Positions 1 to 10,099 are shown, counted from the first letter of the stretch. The stretch: 64,000 nt of DNA from an uncultured Bacteroidales bacterium (GCA_963768805.1 CAVYJI010000012.1:3305-67304), one strand, 5' to 3'. Notes: generated from the letters alone by a model not told the origin. Made by a program: numbers and translations.

Positions 1-362
1 TGAGCATCAAGCCGGGTTCGGAAATCCCCTACCCTGACCTTGTAATTTGGCGCCTTGAACGAGAGGTATGCCCCAATATCCGGATATTTTGCTTTAAATT
101 CTTCATATATAGACTGTGCTTTTGTCTTAGAGTTGTTTCCTGAATCAAAAAAAATCTGTATCCTGAATCCATCCATACCCTGCCTGTTTTGATTTATCTG
201 GATATGCTTACTGACAAGTAAGTCAACCCTTTCATCCTGGATAACCTGAACATGTCCTTTTTCCTTGCTTTTCTCCTGTGCAAAATCCTTTATTCCCGGT
301 GCTAATGACAGAAATAAGATCATCGCCGGGACAAGTATTTTATATATTCTTTTACGAATCAT
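1..362 (-). CDS. SPOR-domain protein, N-terminal part (3' end runs off the window edge)
   Basis: Not in the ORF track because it leaves the window. The minus-strand ATG at 362-360 overlaps the stop of the upstream Usp gene (ATGA). Hand translation: MIRKRIYKILVPAMILFLSLAPG...GFRIQIFFDSGNNSKTKAQSIYEEFKAKYPDIGAYLSFKAPNYKVRVGDFRTRLDA. This shows a hydrophobic N-terminus followed by the G(F/Y)RIQ...YKVRVGDF signature typical of SPOR peptidoglycan-binding repeats. Confidence 0.75.
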   Translation of the reverse strand, partial: MIRKRIYKILVPAMILFLSLAPGIKDFAQEKSKEKGHVQVIQDERVDLLVSKHIQINQNRQGMDGFRIQIFFDSGNNSKTKAQSIYEEFKAKYPDIGAYLSFKAPNYKVRVGDFRTRLDA

Positions 363-1198
363 AAGCAAAAATGTTCCACCGGGTGAACACTTAATATCGG
401 TACGGGTGACTGGTTGACCAGGCGTTGTGCATGCGGACCAAGAAGGATATTGGCAGGTGTTTCCTGCTCTGTCATAATGCTAATCAGGTCTGCGCCTATA
501 TTCTGAGCGTAGTCGATGGTTATTTTAGTAACGTCGTCGGCGAGGATTTTATCTCTCACAATTCTTAAATTATACTTCTTTAAGTAATTGGTTGCCTGGT
601 CAGTATAATTTTCGGCAATTCGTTGAATTGATTTCAGGTGACTATAGTGTGTTGCTATCAGATGTATTTCCGAGCCGAATATCCCGCCCATTTTAGCAAT
701 GAACGGAAGTTTCTGCAATGTTTCCGAGGAACTGTCAACAGGAACCATGATCCTGTCAATGTTTTTTCCTGCGGGGAAGTCATGCCTGACCGTTATCACA
801 GGGCATATGGAATAGGTCACGATCTTAAAAGCATTACTGCCGATCCAGTATTCTTCGAACCCTGAAATACCATGGGCCCCGGCAATAATCATCGAAGCGT
901 TGATCGTCCTTGCAAGACTATCCAGTTCATGATAGATCTTCCCTTTGCGGAGTTTATACACCAGTTTGATGTCTTTAGAGACCTGTTTTCTGTATTGCCG
1001 GATCAGTTCTTCAAACCTCTTTTTTGCCTCATTCCGGTTCTCAGTGGAAGCGTCAGAATAAATTCCTTCCGTCGCTGCAATTTTATCCACCCATACCATG
1101 ATGATATCTGATTTCAGCCTGTTGGCCAATGGAATCGAATACTCCAAAGCATGAACAGAGGTGTTCGAGAAGTCGACGGCGACTATGATCGGTTGCAT
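359..1198 (-). CDS. Universal stress protein, tandem Usp domains
   Basis: ORF 359..1240. The first codon at 1240 is TTG. The ATG at 1198 gives the canonical N-terminus MQPIIVAVDFSNTS. A second Usp-like half (IMVPVDSS...) gives the tandem UspA architecture. Confidence 0.85.
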   Translation of the reverse strand: MQPIIVAVDFSNTSVHALEYSIPLANRLKSDIIMVWVDKIAATEGIYSDASTENRNEAKKRFEELIRQYRKQVSKDIKLVYKLRKGKIYHELDSLARTINASMIIAGAHGISGFEEYWIGSNAFKIVTYSICPVITVRHDFPAGKNIDRIMVPVDSSSETLQKLPFIAKMGGIFGSEIHLIATHYSHLKSIQRIAENYTDQATNYLKKYNLRIVRDKILADDVTKITIDYAQNIGADLISIMTEQETPANILLGPHAQRLVNQSPVPILSVHPVEHFCL

Positions 1199-1300
1199 TT
1201 TCAGAAAGTTTGAGTAATAATCCAAGGTAAAATTACACAAATTTTAATTCCAACATATATTTTCGGAATTGAATTAATTAAGGGTTAATACGAATTTTGG

Positions 1301-1308
1301 TACTTTTG
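1301..1308 (+). promoter_or_regulatory. Bacteroidota-type -7 promoter box (TACTTTTG) upstream of ruvB
   Basis: Exact match to the TAnnTTTG consensus, 64 nt upstream of the ruvB ATG. Confidence 0.4.
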
Positions 1309-1371
1309 TATTACAGCGCAGAGGATCTGAAACTGAATCCAATCTCTGAAAAATGATTTATCTATCGAAAA

Positions 1372-2394
1372 ATGAACAATAACCTTGACCCGACAGGGAA
1401 TCAATTAAATAATATTGAAAAAGAGATCGAGAAAGTTCTCAGGCCCAGCAATTTTGTTGATTTTTCGGGGCAGGAGAACATCATTGAGAACTTGAAGATC
1501 TTTGTCCAGGCTGCAAGACAAAGGAATGAACCGCTCGATCATGTTTTGCTACACGGGCCTCCAGGGCTGGGAAAAACAACTCTTTCCCATATCATAGCCA
1601 ATGAGTTGAAAGTCAATATCAGGGTCAGTTCGGGGCCAGTACTTGACAAACCCGGGGACCTTGCAGGGATCCTTACAAACCTGGAGGAGAATGATGTCTT
1701 GTTCATTGATGAGATCCACCGATTGAGTCCTGTAGTAGAAGAGTATTTATATTCAGCTATGGAGGATTTCAAGATCGATATCATGATCGAGACCGGCCCA
1801 AATGCACGCAGTATCCAGATAAAATTAAATCCCTTTACTTTGATCGGTGCCACCACTCGTTCAGGATTGCTCACAGCTCCTCTTCGTTCACGTTTCGGGA
1901 TCAATTCGCGTTTGAACTATTATACTGCAGCGACTCTTGAACGCATTATCAACCGTTCGGCGGAGATCCTGAAAGTGCCTGTCGCACCTGATGCGGTTGT
2001 GGAAATTGCCCGCAGGAGCCGTGGAACACCCCGTATTGCCAACCTTCTGTTAAGACGTGTACGAGACTTTGCCCAGATAAAAGGTGATGGTAAGATCGAC
2101 CTGAAGATCAGCCAATATGCCTTGACGGCTTTGAATGTTGATAAACATGGCTTAGATGAGATGGACAATAAGATCCTCCTGACCATTATCGATAAATTCA
2201 AAGGGGGACCGGTCGGGCTCAATACCATTGCCACAGCGGTTTCTGAAGATCCCGGAACTATTGAAGAAGTATACGAGCCCTTTCTCATACAGGAAGGTTA
2301 TCTCATGCGTACCCCAAGAGGCCGGGAGGCTACTGAAGCTGCTTACAAGCATCTTGGTAAACTTAAAGCAGGGCCTCAAGCAGAGTTATTTTAA
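1372..2394 (+). CDS. ruvB: Holliday junction branch migration DNA helicase RuvB
   Basis: 340 aa with Walker [19 protein letters not shown], and the [17 protein letters not shown]-like block ([17 protein letters not shown]). Length is typical of RuvB. Confidence 0.97.
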   Translation: MNNNLDPTGNQLNNIEKEIEKVLRPSNFVDFSGQENIIENLKIFVQAARQRNEPLDHVLLHGPPGLGKTTLSHIIANELKVNIRVSSGPVLDKPGDLAGILTNLEENDVLFIDEIHRLSPVVEEYLYSAMEDFKIDIMIETGPNARSIQIKLNPFTLIGATTRSGLLTAPLRSRFGINSRLNYYTAATLERIINRSAEILKVPVAPDAVVEIARRSRGTPRIANLLLRRVRDFAQIKGDGKIDLKISQYALTALNVDKHGLDEMDNKILLTIIDKFKGGPVGLNTIATAVSEDPGTIEEVYEPFLIQEGYLMRTPRGREATEAAYKHLGKLKAGPQAELF

Positions 2395-2447
2395 TGACTC
2401 CCTGTTGGTCAGATAACATTTAATAACCTTCGAGGATATCATGACCG

Positions 2448-3365
2448 ATGGAACTATCCGGTCAGAAAATAAAAGCCAAAGCCCTTGACCTCGGGTTTTC
2501 TTTCTGTGGATTCGCAAAAGCCGAATTACTGGAAAGAGAGCAGGATTTCTTTACTTCCTACCTTAAAGAAAAAAGAAATGCAAGGCTTCAGTACCTGGAA
2601 AGGGATCCTGAAAAAAGAAGTGATCCCAGGCTTTTGTTTGAAGGTACCCAAACCGTGATCGGGTTACTGATGAATTACTATCCAGATGAGATCATCACGG
2701 AGACAGATAATTTCATCATCTCGAAGTATGCTTACGGGAAAGATTATCATGAAGTACTGACAAAACGTACCAATGCTTTGATCCAGTTTATGAATGAAGA
2801 GTTCGGGGATATAAAGGCGAAGTTGTTTGTCGACCGGGGGCCGGTTTTTGAGAAGGCCTGGGCATGCAAATGTGGTCTTGGGTGGATAGGAAAGAACACC
2901 CTGCTCATCAATCCTGGAAGAGGATCTTTTCATTTTATCGCTATAGTTCTGACCGACCTGTTGATCGAGCCGGACCTCCAGGAGACCGATCATTGCGGAA
3001 GTTGTCACATATGCATGGATGCCTGTCCAACAGGCGCACTGGAAAAACCTTTCGAACTAAACCTATCTAAATGCCTGTCATACAATACAATTGATAATTC
3101 ATCCGGGATTCCTGACGTATTGAAGAAAAAACTCAATGACCGTATTTACGGATGTGATATCTGCCAGGATGTTTGTCCATATAACAGGTTTGCTGTGCCT
3201 CATTCTATCGATGAATTCGCACCTGGTCCGGAATTAAAGTCATACCGTAAAAAAGACTGGCTTCAAATGACAGAGGCTCAATTTGAATTCCTCTTCAGGC
3301 ATTCAGCAATCTATAGGATCGGATATAAAAATATGATGCAGAATATCCACAATGCGGCAAGTTAA
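2448..3365 (+). CDS. queG: tRNA epoxyqueuosine(34) reductase QueG
   Basis: 305 aa with two ferredoxin-type clusters (CGSCHICMDACPTGA, CDICQDVCPYN) and the GWIGKNT block typical of QueG. Confidence 0.92.
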   Translation: MELSGQKIKAKALDLGFSFCGFAKAELLEREQDFFTSYLKEKRNARLQYLERDPEKRSDPRLLFEGTQTVIGLLMNYYPDEIITETDNFIISKYAYGKDYHEVLTKRTNALIQFMNEEFGDIKAKLFVDRGPVFEKAWACKCGLGWIGKNTLLINPGRGSFHFIAIVLTDLLIEPDLQETDHCGSCHICMDACPTGALEKPFELNLSKCLSYNTIDNSSGIPDVLKKKLNDRIYGCDICQDVCPYNRFAVPHSIDEFAPGPELKSYRKKDWLQMTEAQFEFLFRHSAIYRIGYKNMMQNIHNAAS

Positions 3366-3369
3366 TGTT

Positions 3370-3460
3370 AACAGAAGATCGCTCGAAGGGTGAACGAAGC
3401 TCAATCGAAGCTTAATCGAAGGTCAATCGAAGCTTAATCAAAGGAAGGACGGAAGGAGAC
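3370..3460. repeat. Degenerate tandem array, 8 units of exactly 11 bp with a CGAAG-type core
   Basis: Core pentamers (AGAAG/CGAAG/CAAAG/GGAAG) start at 3373, 3384, 3395, 3406, 3417, 3428, 3439 and 3450, with spacing of exactly 11 bp. The central units are AATCGAAGCTT. The array lies between the convergent queG and ubiX ends. The same unit recurs at 59478-59600. Confidence 0.85.
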
Positions 3461-3559
3461 TATCTAACTAATTGAAATTTAGGCTGAATCCTGATTAATA
3501 AACAATTGATAATTGAAGCTCCGGATGCTGGCTATTGGAGTGTAAATCAAGCGAGGGAA

Positions 3560-4135
3560 TTATATATCATGTTGATTCCCCCAGTGGAATGATGGGAACT
3601 CAAACCCGGCCAGGAGAGCAACCCGGTCAATTACTGTCATAAGTGCTTCTTCAATATTTTGGGGTTTACTGTAAAAGGAAGGTGATGCGGGGCAAATTAT
3701 TGTTCCTGCTTCTGTAAGCAGTTTCATATTGTTGAGATGGATCAGACTGTATGGTGCCTCGCGTGGGACAAGGATAAGTCTTCTGTGTTCTTTAAGGATA
3801 ACATCTGCGGCACGGGTAAGGAGGTCTGAAGAGATTCCCGATGCAATCCTTCCAAGTGTTCCCATCGAACAGGGGCAAACGATCATAACGTTATATGATA
3901 CAGAACCTGAAGCCAGCGGTGAAAAGAAATCATTTGTCCGATAAATCCTGAAAGGGATCTGTTTCTCGTCAAATGAGCCAAGTTCATATGTCCAGACGGC
4001 TTTTGCTTTATCTGAAATTACTACTCCACATTCTTCAACCTGGTTTTCGAGGCTTTTGATCTTATCCAGTAATAACTTTCCATAAATGGAGCCGCTTGCA
4101 CCTGTAATCCCGATAATCAACCTGATCTTTTTCAT
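3560..4135 (-). CDS. ubiX: Flavin prenyltransferase UbiX
   Basis: 191 aa with N-terminal IIGITGASG. The overall pattern and length match the UbiX/Pad1 family. Confidence 0.9.
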   Translation of the reverse strand: MKKIRLIIGITGASGSIYGKLLLDKIKSLENQVEECGVVISDKAKAVWTYELGSFDEKQIPFRIYRTNDFFSPLASGSVSYNVMIVCPCSMGTLGRIASGISSDLLTRAADVILKEHRRLILVPREAPYSLIHLNNMKLLTEAGTIICPASPSFYSKPQNIEEALMTVIDRVALLAGFEFPSFHWGNQHDI

Positions 4136-4143
4136 TATTCCTG

Positions 4144-4776
4144 TTAAAGATCCTTAGTTTTAAAATCCCAGAGGACTGATAAGGATAAAACATTGTTATA
4201 TTGGCCTTTTTCAAGAAACATCCGGCGGTAATAGCCGATATCATTTTTACTTCTTAAAGAGTTCAGGGAATAATTTGCTCTCAGGTTCAGCCGAAGATGT
4301 TTTGTGATATAAGCGCCGAAACCAAATATACCTGCAAATGTCAATGGTCTTAAAGGCACGGCATTGGTTTCCTCAATCCCATCACGCAATTCAAGCGAAC
4401 CAATCAAAACATCTGCTACCGGACCAGCTTCAAAGTAAAAGCGTTTTTTGAATGTATATTGATATAATATGGGAATCTCTATATAATGAAGCCTGAGCAG
4501 ATAAGAGGTTATCCCTGTGGCGTTGGTATCATTTCTACTTCCTTTCTGAATGTATTCAAGCTCCAACTGGAAAGATGAATGAGGTGAAACCTGCAGTCCC
4601 ACATAAGCCCCTCCGAGGTAGCCAAATTTGGTATAGCCGGAATAGGTATCGCCGTCCACCTGGCTGACATCACCCCCGATCATTACCCCACCGGTGAATC
4701 TCTGAGCTTTGAGTGAGGATGAAACTATGACCAGAAAAAAAATGAATGATATTGTTCCACGGAAAATAATGTTCAT
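4144..4776 (-). CDS. Small outer-membrane beta-barrel (porin-family) protein
   Basis: 210 aa with a signal peptide (FFLVIVSSSLKAQ), alternating aromatic/glycine beta-strand pattern and an aromatic-rich C-terminus. Confidence 0.7.
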   Translation of the reverse strand: MNIIFRGTISFIFFLVIVSSSLKAQRFTGGVMIGGDVSQVDGDTYSGYTKFGYLGGAYVGLQVSPHSSFQLELEYIQKGSRNDTNATGITSYLLRLHYIEIPILYQYTFKKRFYFEAGPVADVLIGSLELRDGIEETNAVPLRPLTFAGIFGFGAYITKHLRLNLRANYSLNSLRSKNDIGYYRRMFLEKGQYNNVLSLSVLWDFKTKDL

Positions 4777-4812
4777 GATATTTTTTGTATTGGAGGAAAA
4801 CTTCGATTCGGC

Positions 4813-5787
4813 TTATTTATTACGTTCAGTCGTAAAAATCACGAGTTGTTCGAGTGAATCCCTAAAAATATTTTGCGGGAAAGTGCGTAGAAGGTCAATG
4901 GCTTTTTGGCGGTTTTCAGACATTTTTTCGTGGGCATACTTTATACCGCCATTTGATCTGACCTTTTCGATCAGTTCAGCCACGCGTAAAGGTTCTGTAT
5001 TATGATTCTTGACAGTATTAACAATCCATCTTCTTTCAGAGAATCCTGAGTGGTTCATCAGGTAAATCAGAGGAAGGGTCATTTTCTGTTCTTTAATGTC
5101 GATGGCTGCAGGCTTCCCGGTAGCATTACCGGTTTCATAATCAAACAGATCATCCTTGATCTGGAAGGCAATCCCTGTATATTCCCCAAAAAGGCGCATC
5201 TTTTCAATGGTTTCCGGATCGGATCCGGACGAAGCACTTCCGCAGGCACAGCAGGAGGCAATAAGGGAGGCAGTCTTTTTACGAATGATCTCGAAATAAA
5301 TTTCTTCACGGATATCGAGATGGCGGGCTTTTTCAATTTGCAACAGTTCTCCTTCGCTCATTTCCCTGACTGCATTTGAGACTATTTTAAGAAGATTGTA
5401 ATCATCATTTTCAAGTGAAAACAATAATCCTTTTGAAAGAAGATAATCTCCGACGAGGACTGATATTTTATTCTTCCACAATGCATTGATGGAAAAATAT
5501 CCCCTTCTGAGGTTGGAATCATCCACTACATCGTCATGTACCAGTGTCGCCGTATGAAGTAATTCTATAAGGCAGGCAGCACGGTAGGTGGACTCTCTGA
5601 TCCCTCCTGTAACACTGGCAGACAGGAATACGAAAAGGGGACGCATTTGCTTCCCCTTACGTTTAATGATGTAATGCATGATCTTGTCCACCAATGGAAC
5701 GCTGCTTTTCAAAGAAGCTCTGAATTTTTGTTCAAAGATCCCGAGGTGTTCTGCAACCGGAGCCTGTATTTCCCTGAGTGATAGCAT
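4813..5787 (-). CDS. Long-chain polyprenyl diphosphate synthase (IspB-like)
   Basis: 324 aa with first and second Asp-rich motifs LVHDDVVDD and QIKDDLFD. Confidence 0.92.
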   Translation of the reverse strand: MLSLREIQAPVAEHLGIFEQKFRASLKSSVPLVDKIMHYIIKRKGKQMRPLFVFLSASVTGGIRESTYRAACLIELLHTATLVHDDVVDDSNLRRGYFSINALWKNKISVLVGDYLLSKGLLFSLENDDYNLLKIVSNAVREMSEGELLQIEKARHLDIREEIYFEIIRKKTASLIASCCACGSASSGSDPETIEKMRLFGEYTGIAFQIKDDLFDYETGNATGKPAAIDIKEQKMTLPLIYLMNHSGFSERRWIVNTVKNHNTEPLRVAELIEKVRSNGGIKYAHEKMSENRQKAIDLLRTFPQNIFRDSLEQLVIFTTERNK

Positions 5788-5884
5788 CGGACATATTAGA
5801 ATCTGTAAAAATAATCAAAATTGGTTCAACAGCGGATGGTTAATCAGCGGAAAATTCTGAAATTTGATCGCTAATTCAACTCAA

Positions 5885-6664
5885 ATGTCTGGATTTCTTT
5901 TTCATGATGTCATTTTTGGCCCTGTACACAGCCGGCGTCTCGGCCTTTCACTGGGGATTAATCTTCTCCCCACCCATTCAAAATACTGTTCGTTCAACTG
6001 CATCTATTGTGAATGTGGATGGACCCCGGAAAATATGAATTTAATCCCGGAGCTTCCATCCCGTGAACTGGTCAGCCAGTACCTCGAATACAGGCTGAAA
6101 GAACTCATTGAGGAAGATCATATTCCTGATGTTCTTACTTATGCAGGAAACGGAGAACCAACCATGCATCCAGAATTTGCCGATATCGTGGATGACACAC
6201 TTGCACTACGTGACAAATACATGCCCGGCGTTAAGGTTTCAATTCTTTCAAATGCATCCATGATATCTGAACCTTCTGTTTTTGACGCATTATTAAAACT
6301 TGAGAACAACATACAAAAATTAGATGCAGGTTTTGAAAGTTTTTTTCTACGGATCAATAACCCTGTGCGGCCTGTCAAATTCGACAATCTGATAGCAAAC
6401 CTGAAAAGGTTCAATGGAAAAGTAATTATCCAGAGTATGTTTCTCCGGGGAAATTATAAGGGAGAAGTGATTGATAATACCATTGAGACAGAAGTCAATG
6501 AATGGCTGAAGCACATTGACTTTATCCGTCCCGCCATGGTCATGATTTACCCTGTCTCACGTGTTACCCCTGTCCACAACATCGAAAAAATTGGTATCTT
6601 TGAGTTGGAGAAAATTGCTGATAAAGTAAGGAGACTTAATATTGAAGCCAGGGTTTATAGCTGA
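5885..6664 (+). CDS. Radical SAM protein (function unknown)
   Basis: ORF 5864..6664 begins with TTG. The in-frame ATG at 5885 gives MSGFLFHDVIFGPVHSRRLG. The CxxxCxxC motif CSFNCIYCEC is present. Confidence 0.85.
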   Translation: MSGFLFHDVIFGPVHSRRLGLSLGINLLPTHSKYCSFNCIYCECGWTPENMNLIPELPSRELVSQYLEYRLKELIEEDHIPDVLTYAGNGEPTMHPEFADIVDDTLALRDKYMPGVKVSILSNASMISEPSVFDALLKLENNIQKLDAGFESFFLRINNPVRPVKFDNLIANLKRFNGKVIIQSMFLRGNYKGEVIDNTIETEVNEWLKHIDFIRPAMVMIYPVSRVTPVHNIEKIGIFELEKIADKVRRLNIEARVYS

Positions 6665-6704
6665 TGAAGATCTCAAAACAACGTATAAAATACCAAAAGC
6701 CATC

Positions 6705-7112
6705 ATGGCCGACCTGCTTAAATATCCTCCCAAGATCCTCATCGCCTTAGGTGAAACCATTGCAGGCGGGAAGGATATCCTTGAATGGTTCTTAAAAAAC
6801 GGGTATCCTGAGCTTGCAGCCTTCTCACATGCAGTTCAGGGGAGTGATGAAGCGGCGTTATGGTTATTAAATAACGGATACCCTGAATTGGCTGCACTGG
6901 ACAGCGCCATTGATGAAGACCAGAATGCTTATGAATGGTTAAAGCGAAATAATTTTACTTTCCATATTGTTTTTGCAGAAGCAGTGCATGGCAAGAGGGA
7001 AGCAATAGAATGGTTCATTAAGAATAACCTGAAGGTACTATTGGTTATCACACAAAAGATCAGGAACCTGCGCGACAGTCAAACATTTGATTATCACAAG
7101 CTGCATTTCTAA
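6705..7112 (+). CDS. Hypothetical helical-repeat protein
   Basis: ORF 6642..7112 starts with TTG and overlaps the radical SAM 3' end. An in-frame ATG lies at 6705. There are four ~25-aa repeats built on W(F/L)(L/I)KN(G/N)YPELAA. I recognise no family. Confidence 0.6.
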   Translation: MADLLKYPPKILIALGETIAGGKDILEWFLKNGYPELAAFSHAVQGSDEAALWLLNNGYPELAALDSAIDEDQNAYEWLKRNNFTFHIVFAEAVHGKREAIEWFIKNNLKVLLVITQKIRNLRDSQTFDYHKLHF

Positions 7113-7120
7113 GCAAGGGA

Positions 7121-9832
7121 TCATCCACACTTGGTGTACCCGCATTTGATACAGATCGGGCATCCTTCCTGGTAAATCAGAACATTGGCTTCATGGCAAT
7201 TGGGGCAAACGCGATCCGGAGCCTGAGTTCCGTCAGGTATAAATTTCTTCAGTGCTCTTTCTACTCCGTTTTTCCAGGTATTGATAGAATCGACTTCAAA
7301 ATGAAGTTTGCTTATGATGTTCACGACGAAAGGCAGGGGCATTCCATGACGAAGAATTCCAGAAATAAGTTTTGCATAATTCCAGTACTCCTTAGTAAAC
7401 GACCGTGAAAGTCCTTCGATGGTGATCTTGTAACCTTGCCTGTCTTCAAACTGGAAATCATAACGTGAGTTCACTCCATCAGGACGATTTTTACAGATCC
7501 AGCCTTTCTGTACCCACTGCGGGATCCAAAAATCATCTGCGCGCCCGGTAAATATCTCATAGGGATGTCCGTTCAGAAGGCCTACCACGGCTATCCATTT
7601 CTCATAATCATTCTGAAAGCGAACGATCTCTGCCTCCAATTTGTCAGGACGATGAGGTGCCCGGGTTTCCCTGAATACATTTGTATTATCAGAATCTTCT
7701 TTTTTGTCATTATTCACGAGGACCCCTTCACGGCTGCCGTCACGGTAAACAGTCATGCCTTTGCAACCGACTTTCCAGGCTGTTTCGTAAATATTTGCGA
7801 TCATTTCCTCTTTTGTATCATTGGGAACATTGACCGTAACGCTGATTGAATGATCTACCCATTTCTGAACCGCTCCCTGCATATGAACTTTTGCAACCCA
7901 GTCAATATCGTTCGAGGTTGCTTTAAAATAAGGTGATTGCTTGATAATGGATTTTAATTCTTTTTCATCCATCCGGGAAACTTCATCTACATTATATCCC
8001 TTTGTTTCGAGCCAGGTAGCGAATTTATGATGAAACACATTATACTCTTCCCAGGTATCTCCGATCTCATCGGTAAAGGTGATCCGGGCATGTTTATCAT
8101 TAGGGTTTACCTTGCGTCTGCGTTTATATGTCACAGCAAAAACAGGTTCCAGTCCAGAGGTAGTCTGTGAGAGTATACTGACAGAACCGGTCGGGGCGAT
8201 GGTAAGGATGGCAATGTTACGACGGCCGTGTTTTATCATTTCATCATAGAGCTCAGGAGCAGCTTCTTTCATGCGCAGGATAAAAGGATTATTTTTCTCA
8301 CGCTCAGCTTTCCAGATGGGGAATGCACCTCTTTCAGCTGCCATGGTAATCGATGAACGGTATGCTTCAATGGCAAGCATTTTGTGAACTTCCACGGAGA
8401 AATCAATGGCATCATCTGAACCATATCGTGTTCCAAGGGCTGCAAGCATGTCTCCTTCTGCTGTAATCCCGAAACCGGTCCTTCTGCCCTGGATTGCTTT
8501 TTCCTTTATATTAAGCCAGAGGTTCCTTTCGCGAGCTTTGATGCTTTCATCTTCCGGGTCGTTTTTGATCTTTTTCAGGATATTATCAATTTTTTCCAGT
8601 TCCAGGTCGATGATATCGTCCATCATCCGTTGGGCTTTATGAACATGGTCGATAAAGAGATCTGAATCAAAGCTGGCATCGGTGGTAAAAGGTTTATCAA
8701 CATAGCTGTAAAGGTTAATGGCCAGTAGCCGACAGCTATCATATGCACACAGTGGAATTTCCCCGCAGGGGTTTGTGGAGATGGTTCTGAATCCCAAGTC
8801 AGCATAGCAGTCAGGAACAGATTCCCGTAAAATGGTATCCCAGAAGAGGATCCCGGGTTCTGCTGATTTCCATGCATTGTGGATGATCTTTTTCCAGAGT
8901 TCTTCTGCCTGGATCTTCTTTGTAACCTTAGGGTGTGATATTTCGATGGGATATTGTTGTGTATATTGCCCGCCGGAAATCACCGCATTCATAAATTCAT
9001 CCGTGATCTTGACCGAAATATTGGCACCGGTCACTTTTCCTGATTCAAGTTTGGCACTGATAAAATGTTCGGCATCCGGGTGCTGGACAGAGATGCTGAG
9101 CATCAGTGCTCCACGACGGCCTTCCTGGGCAACCTCACGTGTAGAATTGGAATATCGTTCCATGAAAGGAACTATACCAGTTGAGGTCAATGCGCTGTTC
9201 TTAACGAGACTATTTTTTGGGCGGATATGAGACAGGTCATGACCAACGCCACCTCTTCTCTTCATCAGTTGAACCTGCTCCTCATCTGTTTTCATAATAC
9301 CGCCATAGGAATCAGAGGATCCATCATTACCTATCACAAAACAATTTGAAAGTGAACCAATCTGGAAATTGTTCCCGATCCCCGCCATAGGACTTCCCTG
9401 GGGTATAATATATTTGAAATCACGTATAAGTTCATAGACATCGTCCTCACTCATGGGTTTCGGATACTTTTTTTCGATCCTTGCAATCTCGCGGGCAATC
9501 CTGTGATGCATGTCATCTGGTGTAAGCTCGAATAACTGGCCATCAGAATTCTTTAGTGCGTACTTATTCACCCAGACATTGGCTGCAAGATTATCCTCAT
9601 GAAAATAAACTGTTGAGGCCTTCATTGCTTCTTCGGTAGAATAGATCCGTTGTTTCCCTTTGCCCGGGTCATTCAGTTCTTCTTTATTTTTATTCGGTTC
9701 AATGTCTTTACCCTGATTCTTCATTTCCGTTTCTTCAATCGTTACTTTAGGACGTATTCTCTTGGACAAAACATCATTGTAAAAATCCGGTTTTTTATCC
9801 TTGTCTGCATTTACAATGGGCTCTTTTTCCAT
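7121..9832 (-). CDS. nrdJ: Adenosylcobalamin-dependent (class II) ribonucleoside reductase
   Basis: 903 aa with class II RNR blocks (NPCGEIPL, TIAPTGS..S) and a C-terminal Cys-rich zinc ribbon CPNCHE...CPICIKCGYTKCG. The N-terminal extension is Lys-rich. Confidence 0.94.
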   Translation of the reverse strand: MEKEPIVNADKDKKPDFYNDVLSKRIRPKVTIEETEMKNQGKDIEPNKNKEELNDPGKGKQRIYSTEEAMKASTVYFHEDNLAANVWVNKYALKNSDGQLFELTPDDMHHRIAREIARIEKKYPKPMSEDDVYELIRDFKYIIPQGSPMAGIGNNFQIGSLSNCFVIGNDGSSDSYGGIMKTDEEQVQLMKRRGGVGHDLSHIRPKNSLVKNSALTSTGIVPFMERYSNSTREVAQEGRRGALMLSISVQHPDAEHFISAKLESGKVTGANISVKITDEFMNAVISGGQYTQQYPIEISHPKVTKKIQAEELWKKIIHNAWKSAEPGILFWDTILRESVPDCYADLGFRTISTNPCGEIPLCAYDSCRLLAINLYSYVDKPFTTDASFDSDLFIDHVHKAQRMMDDIIDLELEKIDNILKKIKNDPEDESIKARERNLWLNIKEKAIQGRRTGFGITAEGDMLAALGTRYGSDDAIDFSVEVHKMLAIEAYRSSITMAAERGAFPIWKAEREKNNPFILRMKEAAPELYDEMIKHGRRNIAILTIAPTGSVSILSQTTSGLEPVFAVTYKRRRKVNPNDKHARITFTDEIGDTWEEYNVFHHKFATWLETKGYNVDEVSRMDEKELKSIIKQSPYFKATSNDIDWVAKVHMQGAVQKWVDHSISVTVNVPNDTKEEMIANIYETAWKVGCKGMTVYRDGSREGVLVNNDKKEDSDNTNVFRETRAPHRPDKLEAEIVRFQNDYEKWIAVVGLLNGHPYEIFTGRADDFWIPQWVQKGWICKNRPDGVNSRYDFQFEDRQGYKITIEGLSRSFTKEYWNYAKLISGILRHGMPLPFVVNIISKLHFEVDSINTWKNGVERALKKFIPDGTQAPDRVCPNCHEANVLIYQEGCPICIKCGYTKCG

Positions 9833-10099
9833 GTCAACAATTTGTTATGAAATTATAAATCTTTATACAACGCAAAATCTACTGAGAAATGATTATAAAA
9901 GTGAAGAATTATCAAGCAGCAATTTACAACGAAGAATGCCTGCTTTCCAATTAACTTATTAACATCTCCGACCCAATAATATGTAATTGTTTGAGTACAA
10001 AAATAATAGTGCCTAATAATTCATTTCTCTTCAAAAAAATGTAAATATTATTGAAGAATCCCGGGGTTGATTTTTAAGATCTATTGTTATTTTTGGGTT

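Noticed and set aside
1241-1300. The inverted repeat AATTCC-N13-GGAATT between the divergent usp and ruvB genes as a LexA/SOS-type operator.
   Set aside because: It is only a 6-bp arm in an AT-rich spacer, so the chance expectation is high, and it does not resemble any operator consensus I know.
3370-3460. The 11-bp tandem arrays (also at 59478-59600 and 35791-35845) as CRISPR arrays.
   Set aside because: The period is 11 bp with no spacers, the units are contiguous and degenerate, and there are no cas genes in the window.
6642-6704. The TTG at 6642 as the start of the repeat protein, which would give a 23-nt overlap with the radical SAM gene.
   Set aside because: This is not excluded, but the ATG at 6705 gives a cleaner non-overlapping gene. 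The start is left ambiguous and flagged in the feature evidence.
9974-9989. The imperfect palindrome CAATAATATGTAATTG upstream of nrdJ as an NrdR box. I also looked for a cobalamin riboswitch in the ~260-nt upstream region.
   Set aside because: Only 6 of 8 half-site positions are palindromic. The core does not match the NrdR consensus (acaCwAtATaTwGtgt) well, and no second box lies at the usual spacing. I saw no B12-box-like GCCACTG or riboswitch-like GC-rich helices, and the region is simply AT-rich.
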